This document shows positions 25,060-38,399 of a DNA stretch of 64,000 nucleotides, one piece after another. The notes beneath the pieces were generated by a model that saw nothing but the letters and a program-made list of their open reading frames with translations, was not told where the DNA came from and ran no database searches. The stretch comes from Eledone cirrhosa (taxonomy: Eukaryota): positions 35,588,001-35,652,000 of the forward strand of contig OZ024758.1 in NCBI GenBank assembly GCA_964016885.1, in the 5' to 3' direction. Each line of letters starts with the position of its first letter. Position 1 is the stretch's first letter. Position numbers and translations under genes: made by a program.

Positions 25060-28000
25060 ATTTAAGTTCATGGTACTAGCTGTCAGAAGTAACTCCACTG
25101 TTGGTGAGAATTCATTTAAGTTCATGGTATTAGCTGTCAGAAGTCACTCCAATGTTGGTGAGAATTCATTTAGGTTCATAGTATTAGCTGTCAGAAGTCA
25201 CTCCACTGTTGGTGAGAATTCATTTAAGTTCATGGTACTAGCTGTCCGAAGTAACCCCAATGTTGGTGAGAATTCATTTAAGTTCATGGTATTAGCTGTC
25301 AGAAGTCACTCCAATGTTGGTGAGAATTCATTTAAGTTCATGGTATTAGCTGTCAGAAGTAACTCCACTGTTGGTGAGAATTCATTTAAGTTCATGGTAT
25401 TAGCTGTCAGAAGTAACTCCAATGTTGGTGAGAATGTATTTAAGTTCTTGGTATTAGCTGTCAGAAGTCACTCCACTGTTGGTGAGAATTCATTTAAGTT
25501 CATGGTACTAGCTGTCAGAAGTAACCCCAATGTTGGTGAGAATTCATTTAAGTTCATGGTATTAGCTGTCAGAAGTCACTCCAATGTTGGTGAGAATTCA
25601 TTTAAGTTCATGGTATTAGCTGTCAGAAGTAACTCCACTGTTGGTGAGAATTCATTTAAGTTCATGGTATTAGCTGTCAGAAGTAACTCCACTGTTGGTG
25701 AGAATTCATTTAAGTTCATGGTATTAGCTGTTAGATGGAACTCCAATGTTGGTGAGAATTCATTTAAGTCATGGTACTAGCTGTCAGAAGTAACTCCACT
25801 GTTGGTGAGAATTCATTTAAGTTCATGGTATTAGCTGTCAGAAGTCACTCCACTGTTGGTGAGAATTCATTTAAGTTCATGGTACTAGCTGTCAGAAGTA
25901 ACTCCAACGTTGGTGAGAATTCATTTAAGTTCATGGTATTAGCTGTCAGAAGTCACTCCAATGTTGGTGAGAATTCATTTAAGTTCATGGTATTAGCTGT
26001 CAGAAGTAACTCCACTGTTGGTGAGAATTCATTTAAGTTCATGGTATTAGCTGTCAGAAGTAACTCCACTGTTGGTGAGAATTCATTTAAGTTCATGGTA
26101 TTAGCTGTCAGAAGGAACTCCAACGTTGGTGAGAATTCATTTAAGTTCATGGTACTAGCTGTCAGAAGTAACTCCACTGTTGGTGAGAATTCATTTAAGT
26201 TCATGGTACTAGCTGTCAGAAGTAACTCCACTGTTGGTGAGAATTCATTTAAGTTCATGGTATTAGTTTGTCAGAAGTAACTCCACTGATGGTGAGAATT
26301 CATTTAAGTCATGGTATTAGTTGTCAGAAGTAACTCCAATGTTGGTGAGAATTCATTTAAGTTCATGGTACTAGCTGTCAGAAGTAACTCCACTGTTGGT
26401 GAGAATTCATTTAAGTCATGGTATTAGCTGTCAGAAGTAACTCCAATGTTGGTGAGAATTCATTTAAGTTCATGGTATTAGCTGTCAGAAGTCACTCCAA
26501 TGTTGGTGAGAATTCATTTAAGTTCATGGTATTAGCTGTCAGAAGTAACTCCACTGTTGGTGAGAATTCATTTAAGTTCATGGTATTAGCTGTCAGAAGT
26601 AACTCCACTGTTGGTGAGAATTCATTTAAGTTCATGGTATTAGCTGTCAGAAGTAACTCCACTGTTGGTGAGAATTCATTTAAGTTCATGGTATTAGCTG
26701 TCAGAAGGAACTCCAATGTTGGTGAGAATTCATTTAAGTCATGGTACTAGCTGTCAGAAGTAACTCCACTGTTGGTGAGAATTCATTTAAGTTCATGGTA
26801 CTAGCTGTCAGAAGTAACTCCAATGTTGGTGAGAATTCATTTAAGTTCATGGTATTAGCTGTCAGAAGGAACTCCACTGTTGCTGAGAATTCATTTAAGT
26901 TCATGGTATTAGCTGTCAGAAGTAACTCCACTGTTGGTGAGAATTCATTTAAGTTCATGGTATTAGCTGTCAGAAGTCACTCCAATGTTGGTGAGAATTC
27001 ATTTAAGTTCATGGTATTAGCTGTCAGAAGTCACTCCACTGTTGGTGAGAATTCATTTAAGTTCATGGTACTAGCTGTCCGAAGTAACCCCAACGTTGGT
27101 GAGAATTCATTTAAGTTCATGGTATTAGCTGTCAGAAGTCACTCCAATGTTGGTGAGAATTCATTTAAGTTCATGGTATTAGCTGTCAGAAGTAACTCCA
27201 CTGTTGGTGAGAATTCATTTAAGTTCATGGTATTAGCTGTCAGAAGTAACTCCACTGTTGGTGAGAATTCATTTAAGTTCATGGTATTAGCTGTCAGAAG
27301 GAACTCCACTGTTGGTGAGAATTCATTTAAGTCATGGTACTAGCTGTCAGAAGTAACTCCACTGTTGGTGAGAATTCATTTAAGTTCATGGTATTAGCTG
27401 TCAGAAGTCACTCCACTGTTGGTGAGAATTCATTTAAGTTCATGGAACTAGCTGTCAGAAGTAACTCCAACGTTGGTGAGAATTCATTTAAGTTCATGGT
27501 ATTAGCTGTCAGAAGTCACTCCAATGTTGGTGAGAATTCATTTAAGTTCATGGTATTAGCTGTCAGAAGTAACTCCACTGTTGGTGAGAATTCATTTAAG
27601 TCATGGTATTAGTTGTCAGAAGTAACTCCAATGTTGGTGAGAATTCATTTAAGTTCATGGTACTAGCTGTCAGAAGTAACTCCACTGTTGGTGAGAATTC
27701 ATTTAAGTTCATGGTATTAGCTGTCAGAAGTCACTCCAATGTTGGTGAGAATTCATTTAGGTTCATGGTATTAGCTGTCAGAAGTCACTCCACTGTTGGT
27801 GAGAATTCATTTAAGTTCATGGTACTAGCTGTCCGAAGTAACCCCAATGTTGGTGAGAATTCATTTAAGTTCATGGTATTAGCTGTCAGAAGTCACTCCA
27901 ATGTTGGTGAGAATTCATTTAAGTTCATGGTATTAGCTGTCAGAAGTAACTCCACTGTTGGTGAGAATTCATTTAAGTTCATGGTATTAGCTGTCAGAAG

Positions 28001-30240
28001 TAACTCCAATGTTGGTGAGAATGTATTTAAGTTCATGGTATTAGCTGTCAGAAGTCACTCCACTGTTGGTGAGAATTCATTTAAGTTCATGGTACTAGCT
28101 GTCAGAAGTAACCCCAATGTTGGTGAGAATTCATTTAAGTTCATGGTATTAGCTGTCAGAAGTCACTCCAATGTTGGTGAGAATTCATTTAAGTTCATGG
28201 TATTAGCTGTCAGAAGTAACTCCACTGTTGGTGAGAATTCATTTAAGTTCATGGTATTAGCTGTCAGAAGTAACTCCACTGTTGGTGAGAATTCATTTAA
28301 GTTCATGGTATTAGCTGTCAGAAGTAACTCCACTGTTGGTGAGAATTCATTTAAGTTCATGGTATTAGCTGTTAGATGGAACTCCAATGTTGGTGAGAAT
28401 TCATTTAAGTCATGGTACTAGCTGTCAGAAGTAACTCCACTGTTGGTGAGAATTCATTTAAGTTCATGGTATTAGCTGTCAGAAGTCACTCCACTGTTGG
28501 TGAGAATTCATTTAAGTTCATGGTACTAACTGTCAGAAGTAACTCCAACGTTGGTGAGAATTCATTTAAGTTCATGGTATTAGCTGTCAGAAGTCACTCC
28601 AATGTTGGTGAGAATTCATTTAAGTTCATGGTATTAGCTGTCAGAAGTAACTCCACTGTTGGTGAGAATTCATTTAAGTTCATGGTATTAGCTGTCAGAA
28701 GTAACTCCACTGTTGGTGAGAATTCATTTAAGTTCATGGTATTAGCTGTCAGAAGGAACTCCAACGTTGGTGAGAATTCATTTAAGTTCATGGTACTAGC
28801 TGTCAGAAGTAACTCCACTGTTGGTGAGAATTCATTTAAGTTCATGGTACTAGCTGTCAGAAGTAACTCCACTGTTGGTGAGAATTCATTTAAGTTCATG
28901 GTATTAGTTTGTCAGAAGTAACTCCACTGATGGTGAGAATTCATTTAAGTCATGGTATTAGTTGTCAGAAGTAACTCCAATGTTGGTGAGAATTCATTTA
29001 AGTTCATGGTACTAGCTGTCAGAAGTAACTCCACTGTTGGTGAGAATTCATTTAAATCATGGTATTAGCTGTCAGAAGTAACTCCAATGTTGGTGAGAAT
29101 TCATTTAAGTTCATGGTATTAGCTGTCAGAAGTCACTCCAATGTTGGTGAGAATTCATTTAAGTTCATGGTATTAGCTGTCAGAAGTAACTCCACTGTTG
29201 GTGAGAATTCATTTAAGTTCATGGTATTAGCTGTCAGAAGTAACTCCACTGTTGGTGAGAATTCATTTAAGTTCATGGTATTAGCTGTCAGAAGTAACTC
29301 CACTGTTGGTGAGAATTCATTTAAGTTCATGGTATTAGCTGTCAGAAGGAACTCCAATGTTGGTGAGAATTCATTTAAGTCATGGTACTAGCTGTCAGAA
29401 GTAACTCCACTGTTGGTGAGAATTCATTTAAGTTCATGGTACTAGCTGTCAGAAGTAACTCCAATGTTGGTGAGAATTCATTTAAGTTCATGGTATTAGC
29501 TGTCAGAAGGAACTCCACTGTTGCTGAGAATTCATTTAAGTTCATGGTATTAGCTGTCAGAAGTAACTCCACTGTTGGTGAGAATTCATTTAAGTTCATG
29601 GTATTAGCTGTCAGAAGTCACTCCAATGTTGGTGAGAATTCATTTAAGTTCATGGTATTAGCTGTCAGAAGTCACTCCACTGTTGGTGAGAATTCATTTA
29701 AGTTCATGGTACTAGCTGTCCGAAGTAACCCCAACGTTGGTGAGAATTCATTTAAGTTCATGGTATTAGCTGTCAGAAGTCACTCCAATGTTGGTGAGAA
29801 TTCATTTAAGTTCATGGTATTAGCTGTCACAAGTAACTCCACTGTTGGTGAGAATTCATTTAAGTTCATGGTATTAGCTGTCAGAAGTAACTCCACTGTT
29901 GGTGAGAATTCATTTAAGTTCATGGTATTAGCTGTCAGAAGGAACTCCACTGTTGGTGAGAATTCATTTAAGTCATGGTACTAGCTGTCAGAAGTAACTC
30001 CACTGTTGGTGAGAATTCATTTAAGTTCATGGTATTAGCTGTCAGAAGTCACTCCACTGTTGGTGAGAATTCATTTAAGTTCATGGTACTAGCTGTCAGA
30101 AGTAACTCCAACGTTGGTGAGAATTCATTTAAGTTCATGGTATTAGCTGTCAGAAGTCACTCCAATGTTGGTGAGAATTCATTTAAGTTCATGGTATTAG
30201 CTGTCAGAAGTAACTCCACTGTTGGTGAGAATTCATTTAA
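25060..30240. repeat. Tandem duplication, period 2587-2641 bp (48-49 monomers)
   Basis: ORF starts 25771/28412, 26418/29059, 26741/29382 and 27334/29975 all differ by 2641. Shared markers are tttagg, gagaatgtat and ttagatgga. Confidence 0.87.
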
Positions 30241-32079
30241 GTTCATGGTATTAGCTGTCAGAAGTAACTCCACTGTTGGTGAGAATTAATTTAAGTTCAT
30301 GGTATTAGCTGTCAGAAGGAACTCCAACGTTGGTGAGAATTCATTTAAGTTCATGGTACTAGCTGTCAGAAGTAACTCCACTGTTGGTGAGAATTCATTT
30401 AAGTTCATGGTACTAGCTGTCAGAAGTAACTCCACTGTTGGTGAGAATTCATTTAAGTTCATGGTATTAGTTTGTCAGAAGTAACTCCACTGATGGTGAG
30501 AATTCATTTAAGTCATGGTATTAGTTGTCAGAAGTAACTCCAATGTTGGTGAGAATTCATTTAAGTTCATGGTACTAGCTGTCAGAAGTAACTCCACTGT
30601 TGGTGAGAATTCATTTAAGTCATGGTATTAGCTGTCAGAAGTAACTCCAATGTTGGTGAGAATTCATTTAAGTTCATGGTATTAGCTGTCAGAAGTCACT
30701 CCAATGTTGGTGAGAATTCATTTAAGTTCATGGTATTAGCTGTCAGAAGTAACTCCACTGTTGGTGAGAATTCATTTAAGTCATGGTACTAGCTGTCAGA
30801 AGTAACTCCACTGTTGGTGAGAATTCATTTATGTTCATGGTATTAGCTGACAGAAGGAACGCCACTGTTGGTGAGAATTCATTTAAGTTCATGGTATTAG
30901 CTGTCAGAAGTAACTCCACTGTTGGTGAGAATTCATTTAAGTTCATGGTACTAGCTGTCAGAAGTAACTCCAATGTTGGTGAGAATTCATTTAAGTTCAT
31001 GGTATTAGCTGTCAGAAGGAACTCCACTGTTGCTGAGAATTCATTTAAGTTCATGGTATTAGCTGTCAGAAGTAACTCCACTGTTGGTGAGAATTCATTT
31101 AAGTTCATGGTATTAGTTGTCAGAAGTCACTCCAATGTTGGTGAGAATTCATTTAAGTTCATGGTATTAGCTGTCAGAAGTCACTCCACTGTTGGTGAGA
31201 ATTCATTTAAGTTCATGGTACTAGCTGTCCGAAGTAACCCCAACGTTGGTGAGAATTCATTTAAGTTCATGGTATTAGCTGTCAGAAGTCACTCCAATGT
31301 TGGTGAGAATTCATTTAAGTTCATGGTATTAGCTGTCAGAAGGAACTCCACTGTTGCTGAGAATTCATTTAAGTTCATGGTATTAGCTGTCAGAAGTAAC
31401 TCCACTGTTGGTGAGAATTCATTTAAGTTCATGGTATTAGCTGTCAGAAGTCACTCCAATGTTGGTGAGAATTCATTTAAGTTCATGGTATTAGCTGTCA
31501 GAAGTCACTCCACTGTTGGTGAGAATTCATTTAAGTTCATGGTACTAGCTGTCCGAAGTAACCCCAACGTTGGTGAGAATTCATTTAAGTTCATGGTATT
31601 AGCTGTCAGAAGTCACTCCAATGTTGGTGAGAATTCATTTAAGTTCATGGTATTAGCTGTCAGAAGTCACTCCACTGTTGGTGAGAATTCATTTAAGTTC
31701 ATGGTACTAGCTGTCCGAAGTAACCCCAACGTTGGTGAGAATTCATTTAAGTTCATGGTATTAGCTGTCAGAAGTCACTCCAATGTTGGTGAGAATTCAT
31801 TTAAGTTCATGGTATTAGCTGTCAGAAGGAACTCCACTGTTGCTGAGAATTCATTTAAGTTCATGGTATTAGCTGTCAGAAGTAACTCCACTGTTGGTGA
31901 GAATTCATTTAAGTTCATGGTATTAGCTGTCAGAAGTCACTCCAATGTTGGTGAGAATTCATTTAAGTTCATGGTATTAGCTGTCAGAAGTCACTCCACT
32001 GTTTGTGAGAATTCATTTAAGTTCATGGTACTAGCTGTCCGAAGTAACCCCAACGTTGGTGAGAATTCATTTAAGTTCA

Positions 32080-33045
32080 TGGTATTAGCTGTCAGAAGTC
32101 ACTCCACTGTTGGTGAGAATTCATTTAAGTTCATGGTACTAGCTGTCAGAAGTAACTCCAACGTTGGTGAGAATTCATTTAAGTTCATGGTATTAGCTGT
32201 CAGAAGTCACTCCAATGTTGGTGAGAATTCATTTAAGTTCATGGTATTAGCTGTCAGAAGTAACTCCACTGTTGGTGAGAATTCATTTAAGTTCATGGTA
32301 CTAGCTGTCAGAAGTAACTCCAACGTTGGTGAGAATTCATTTAAGTTCATGGTATTAGCTGTCAGAAGTCACTCCAATGTTGGTGAGAATTCATTTAAGT
32401 TCATGGTATTAGCTGTCAGAAGTCACTCCACTGTTGGTGAGAATTCATTTAAGTTCATGGTACTAGCTGTCAGAAGTAACTCCAACGTTGGTGAGAATTC
32501 ATTTAAGTTCATGGTATTAGCTGTCAGAAGTCACTCCAATGTTGGTGAGAATTCATTTAAGTTCATGGTATTAGCTGTCAGAAGTCACTCCACTGTTGGT
32601 GAGAATTCATTTAAGTTCATGGTACTAGCTGTCAGAAGTAACTCCAACGTTGGTGAGAATTCATTTAAGTTCATGGTATTAGCTGTCAGAAGTCACTCCA
32701 ATGTTGGTGAGAATTCATTTAAGTTCATGGTATTAGCTGTCAGAAGTCACTCCACTGTTGGTGAGAATTCATTTAAGTTCATGGTACTAGCTGTCAGAAG
32801 TAACTCCAACGTTGGTGAGAATTCATTTAAGTTCATGGTATTAGCTGTCAGAAGTCACTCCAATGTTGGTGAGAATTCATTTAAGTTCATGGTATTAGCT
32901 GTCAGAAGTCACTCCACTGTTGGTGAGAATTCATTTAAGTTCATGGTACTAGCTGTCAGAAGTAACTCCAACGTTGGTGAGAATTCATTTAAGTTCATGG
33001 TATTAGCTGTCAGAAGTCACTCCAATGTTGGTGAGAATTCATTTA
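32080..33045. repeat. Local 3-monomer (162 bp) higher-order run, copy 2 (six periods)
   Basis: caacg variant at 32159, 32321, 32483, 32645, 32807 and 32969, each exactly 162 apart. Confidence 0.92.
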
Positions 33046-36000
33046 AGTTCATGGTATTAGCTGTCAGAAGTAACTCCACTGTTGGTGAGAATTCATTTAA
33101 GTTCATGGTATTAGCTGTCAGAAGTAACTCCACTGTTGGTGAGAATTCATTTAAGTTCATGGTATTAGCTGTCAGAAGGAACTCCAACGTTGGTGAGAAT
33201 TCATTTAAGTTCATGGTACTAGCTGTCAGAAGTAACTCCACTGTTGGTGAGAATTCATTTAAGTTCATGGTACTAGCTGTCAGAAGTAACTCCACTGTTG
33301 GTGAGAATTCATTTAAGTTCATGGTATTAGTTTGTCAGAAGTAACTCCACTGATGGTGAGAATTCATTTAAGTCATGGTATTAGTTGTCAGAAGTAACTC
33401 CAATGTTGGTGAGAATTCATTTAAGTTCATGGTACTAGCTGTCAGAAGTAACTCCACTGTTGGTGAGAATTCATTTAAGTCATGGTATTAGCTGTCAGAA
33501 GTAACTCCAATGTTGGTGAGAATTCATTTAAGTTCATGGTATTAGCTGTCAGAAGTCACTCCAATGTTGGTGAGAATTCATTTAAGTTCATGGTATTAGC
33601 TGTCAGAAGTAACTCCACTGTTGGTGAGAATTCATTTAAGTTCATGGTATTAGCTGTCAGAAGTAACTCCACTGTTGGTGAGAATTCATTTAAGTTCATG
33701 GTATTAGCTGTCAGATGTAACTCCACTGTTGGTGAGAATTCATTTAAGTTCATGGTATTAGCTGTCAGAAGGAACTCCAATGTTGGTGAGAATTCATTTA
33801 AGTCATGGTACTAGCTGTCAGAAGTAACTCCACTGTTGGTGAGAATTCATTTAAGTTCATGGTATTAGCTGACAGAAGGAACGCCACTGTTGGTGAGAAT
33901 TCATTTAAGTTCATGGTATTAGCTGTCAGAAGTAACTCCACTGTTGGTGAGAATTCATTTAAGTTCATGGTACTAGCTGTCAGAAGTAACTCCAATGTTG
34001 GTGAGAATTCATTTAAGTTCATGGTATTAGCTGTCAGAAGGAACTCCACTGTTGCTGAGAATTCATTTAAGTTCATGGTATTAGCTGTCAGAAGTAACTC
34101 CACTGTTGGTGAGAATTCATTTAAGTTCATGGTATTAGCTGTCAGAAGTCACTCCAATGTTGGTGAGAATTCATTTAAGTTCATGGTATTAGCTGTCAGA
34201 AGTCACTCCACTGTTGGTGAGAATTCATTTAAGTTCATGGTACTAGCTGTCCGAAGTAACCCCAACGTTGGTGAGAATTCATTTAAGTTCATGGTATTAG
34301 CTGTCAGAAGTCACTCCAATGTTGGTGAGAATTCATTTAAGTTCATGGTATTAGCTGTCAGAAGTAACTCCACTGTTGGTGAGAATTCATTTAAGTTCAT
34401 GGTATTAGCTGTCAGAAGTAACTCCACTGTTGGTGAGAATTCATTTAAGTTCATGGTATTAGCTGTCAGAAGGAACTCCACTGTTGGTGAGAATTCATTT
34501 AAGTTCATGGTACTAGCTGTCAGAAGTAACTCCACTGTTGGTGAGAATTCATTTAAGTTCATGGTATTAGTTTGTCAGAAGTAACTCCACTGTTGGTGAG
34601 AATTCATTTAAGTCATGGTATTAGTTGTCAGAAGTAACTCCAATGTTGGTGAGAATTCATTTAAGCCATGGTACTAGCTGTCAGAAGTAACTCCAATGTT
34701 GGTGAGAATTCATTTAAGTTCATGGTATTAGCTGTCAGAAGGAACTCCACTGTTGGTGAGAATTCATTTAAGCTCATGGTATTAGCTGTCAGAAGTAACT
34801 CCACTGTTGGTGAGAATTCATTTAAGTTCATGGTACTAGCTGTCAGAAGTAACTCCAATGTTGGTGAGAATTCATTTAAGTTCATGGTATTAGCTGTCAG
34901 AAGTAACTCCACTGTTGGTGAGAGTTCATTTAAGTCATGGTATTAGCTGTCAGAAGTAACTCCAATGTTGGTGAGAATTCATTTAAGTTCATGGTATTAG
35001 CTGTCAGAAGTAACTCCACTGTTGGTGAGAATTCATTTAAGTTCATGGTATTAGCTGTCAGAAGTAACTCCACTGTTGGTGAGAATTCATTTAAGTTCAT
35101 GGTATTAGCTGACAGAAGGAACGCCACTGTTGGTGAGAATTCATTTAAGTTCATGGTATTAGCTGTCAGAAGTAACTCTACTGTTGGTGAGAATTCATTT
35201 AAGTTCATGGTACTAGCTGTCAGAAGTAACTCCACTGTTGGTGAGAATTCATTTAAGTTCATGGTATTAGTTTGTCAGAAGTAACTCCACTGTTGGTGAG
35301 AATTCATTTAAGTTCATGGTATTAGCTGTCAGAAGGAACTCCAACGTTGGTGAGAATTCATTTAAGTTCATGGTACTAGCTGTCAGAAGTAACTCCACTG
35401 TTGGTGAGAATTCATTTAAGTTCATGGTACTAGCTGTCAGAAGGAACTCCAACGTTGGTGAGAATTCATTTAAGTTCATGGTACTAGCTGTCAGAAGTAA
35501 CTCCACTGTTGGTGAGAATTCATTTAAGTTCATGGTACTAGCTGTCAGAAGTAACTCCAATGTTGGTGAGAATTCATTTAAGTTCATGGTATTAGCTGTC
35601 AGAAGTAACTCCACTGTTGGTGAGAATTCATTTAAGTTCATGGTATTAGCTGTCAGAAGTAACTCCACTGTTGGTGAGAATTCATTTAAGTTCATGGTAC
35701 TAGCTGTCAGAAGTAACTCCACTGTTGGTGAGAATTCATTTAAGTTCATGGTATTAGTTTGTCAGAAGTAACTCCACTGTTGGTGAGAATTCATTTAAGT
35801 TCATGGTATTAGCTGACAGAAGGAACGCCACTGTTGGTGAGAATTCATTTAAGTTCATGGTATTAGCTGTCAGAAGTAACTCCACTGTTGGTGAGAATTC
35901 ATTTAAGTTCATGGTACTAGCGGTCAGAAGTAACTCCACTGTTGGTGAGAATTCATTTAAGTTCATGGTATTAGTTTGTCAGAAGTAACTCCACTGTTGG

Positions 36001-38399
36001 TGAGAATTCATTTAAGTTCATGGTATTAGCTGTCAGAAGGAACTCCAACGTTGGTGAGAATTCATTTAAGTTCATGGTACTAGCTGTCAGAAGTAACTCC
36101 ACTGTTGGTGAGAATTCATTTAAGTTCATGGTACTAGCTGTCAGAAGTAACTCCACTGTTGGTGAGAATTCATTTAAGTTCATGGTATTAGTTTGTCAGA
36201 AGTAACTCCACTGATGGTGAGAATTCATTTAAGTCATGGTATTAGTTGTCAGAAGTAACTCCAATGTTGGTGAGAATTCATTTAAGTTCATGGTACTAGC
36301 TGTCAGAAGTAACTCCACTGTTGGTGAGAATTCATTTAAGTCATGGTATTAGCTGTCAGAAGTAACTCCAATGTTGGTGAGAATTCATTTAAGTTCATGG
36401 TATTAGCTGTCAGAAGTCACTCCAATGTTGGTGAGAATTCATTTAAGTTCATGGTATTAGCTGTCAGAAGTAACTCCACTGTTGGTGAGAATTCATTTAA
36501 GTTCATGGTATTAGCTGTCAGAAGTAACTCCACTGTTGGTGAGAATTCATTTAAGTTCATGGTATTAGCTGTCAGATGTAACTCCACTGTTGGTGAGAAT
36601 TCATTTAAGTTCATGGTATTAGCTGTCAGAAGGAACTCCAATGTTGGTGAGAATTCATTTAAGTCATGGTACTAGCTGTCAGAAGTAACTCCACTGTTGG
36701 TGAGAATTCATTTAAGTTCATGGTATTAGCTGACAGAAGGAACGCCACTGTTGGTGAGAATTCATTTAAGTTCATGGTATTAGCTGTCAGAAGTAACTCC
36801 ACTGTTGGTGAGAATTCATTTAAGTTCATGGTACTAGCTGTCAGAAGTAACTCCAATGTTGGTGAGAATTCATTTAAGTTCATGGTATTAGCTGTCAGAA
36901 GGAACTCCACTGTTGCTGAGAATTCATTTAAGTTCATGGTATTAGCTGTCAGAAGTAACTCCACTGTTGGTGAGAATTCATTTAAGTTCATGGTATTAGC
37001 TGTCAGAAGTCACTCCAATGTTGGTGAGAATTCATTTAAGTTCATGGTATTAGCTGTCAGAAGTCACTCCACTGTTGGTGAGAATTCATTTAAGTTCATG
37101 GTACTAGCTGTCCGAAGTAACCCCAACGTTGGTGAGAATTCATTTAAGTTCATGGTATTAGCTGTCAGAAGTCACTCCAATGTTGGTGAGAATTCATTTA
37201 AGTTCATGGTATTAGCTGTCAGAAGGAACTCCACTGTTGCTGAGAATTCATTTAAGTTCATGGTATTAGCTGTCAGAAGTAACTCCACTGTTGGTGAGAA
37301 TTCATTTAAGTTCATGGTATTAGCTGTCAGAAGTCACTCCAATGTTGGTGAGAATTCATTTAAGTTCATGGTATTAGCTGTCAGAAGTCACTCCACTGTT
37401 GGTGAGAATTCATTTAAGTTCATGGTACTAGCTGTCCGAAGTAACCCCAACGTTGGTGAGAATTCATTTAAGTTCATGGTATTAGCTGTCAGAAGTCACT
37501 CCAATGTTGGTGAGAATTCATTTAAGTTCATGGTATTAGCTGTCAGAAGTAAGTCCACTGTTGGTGAGAATTCATTTAAGTTCATGGTATTAGCTGTCAG
37601 AAGTAACTCCACTGTTGGTGAGAATTCACTTAAGTTCATGGTATTAGCTGTCAGAAGGAACTCCACTGTTGGTGAGAATTCATTTAAGTCATGGTACTAG
37701 CTGTCAGAAGTAACTCCACTGTTGGTGAGAATTCATTTAAGTTCATGGTATTAGCTGTCAGAAGTCACTCCACTGTTGGTGAGAATTCATTTAAGTTCAT
37801 GGTACTAGCTGTCAGAAGTAACTCCAACGTTGGTGAGAATTCATTTAAGTTCATGGTATTAGCTGTCAGAAGTCACTCCAATGTTGGTGAGAATTCATTT
37901 AAGTTCATGGTATTAGCTGTCAGAAGTAACTCCACTGTTGGTGAGAATTCATTTAAGTTCATGGTATTAGCTGTCAGAAGTAACTCCACTGTTGGTGAGA
38001 ATTCATTTAAGTTCATGGTATTAGCTGTCAGAAGGAACTCCAACGTTGGTGAGAATTCATTTAAGTTCATGGTACTAGCTGTCAGAAGTAACTCCACTGT
38101 TGGTGAGAATTCATTTAAGTTCATGGTACTAGCTGTCAGAAGTAACTCCACTGTTGGTGAGAATTCATTTAAGTTCATGGTATTAGTTTGTCAGAAGTAA
38201 CTCCACTGATGGTGAGAATTCATTTAAGTCATGGTATTAGTTGTCAGAAGTAACTCCAATGTTGGTGAGAATTCATTTAAGTTCATGGTACTAGCTGTCA
38301 GAAGTAACTCCACTGTTGGTGAGAATTCATTTAAGTCATGGTATTAGCTGTCAGAAGTAACTCCAATGTTGGTGAGAATTCATTTAAGTTCATGGTATT

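Larger units (their letters stand above)
14500..37140. repeat. Large block duplication: ~14.5-23.3 kb repeated at ~27.9-37.1 kb (offset drifting 13.4-14.0 kb)
   Basis: Collinear ORF series at offsets 13426, 13534, 13372, 13751, 13967 and 13858. The rare variant agcggtc occurs at 22061 and 35919. gagaatgtat and ttagatgga lie at the start of both copies. Confidence 0.85.
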
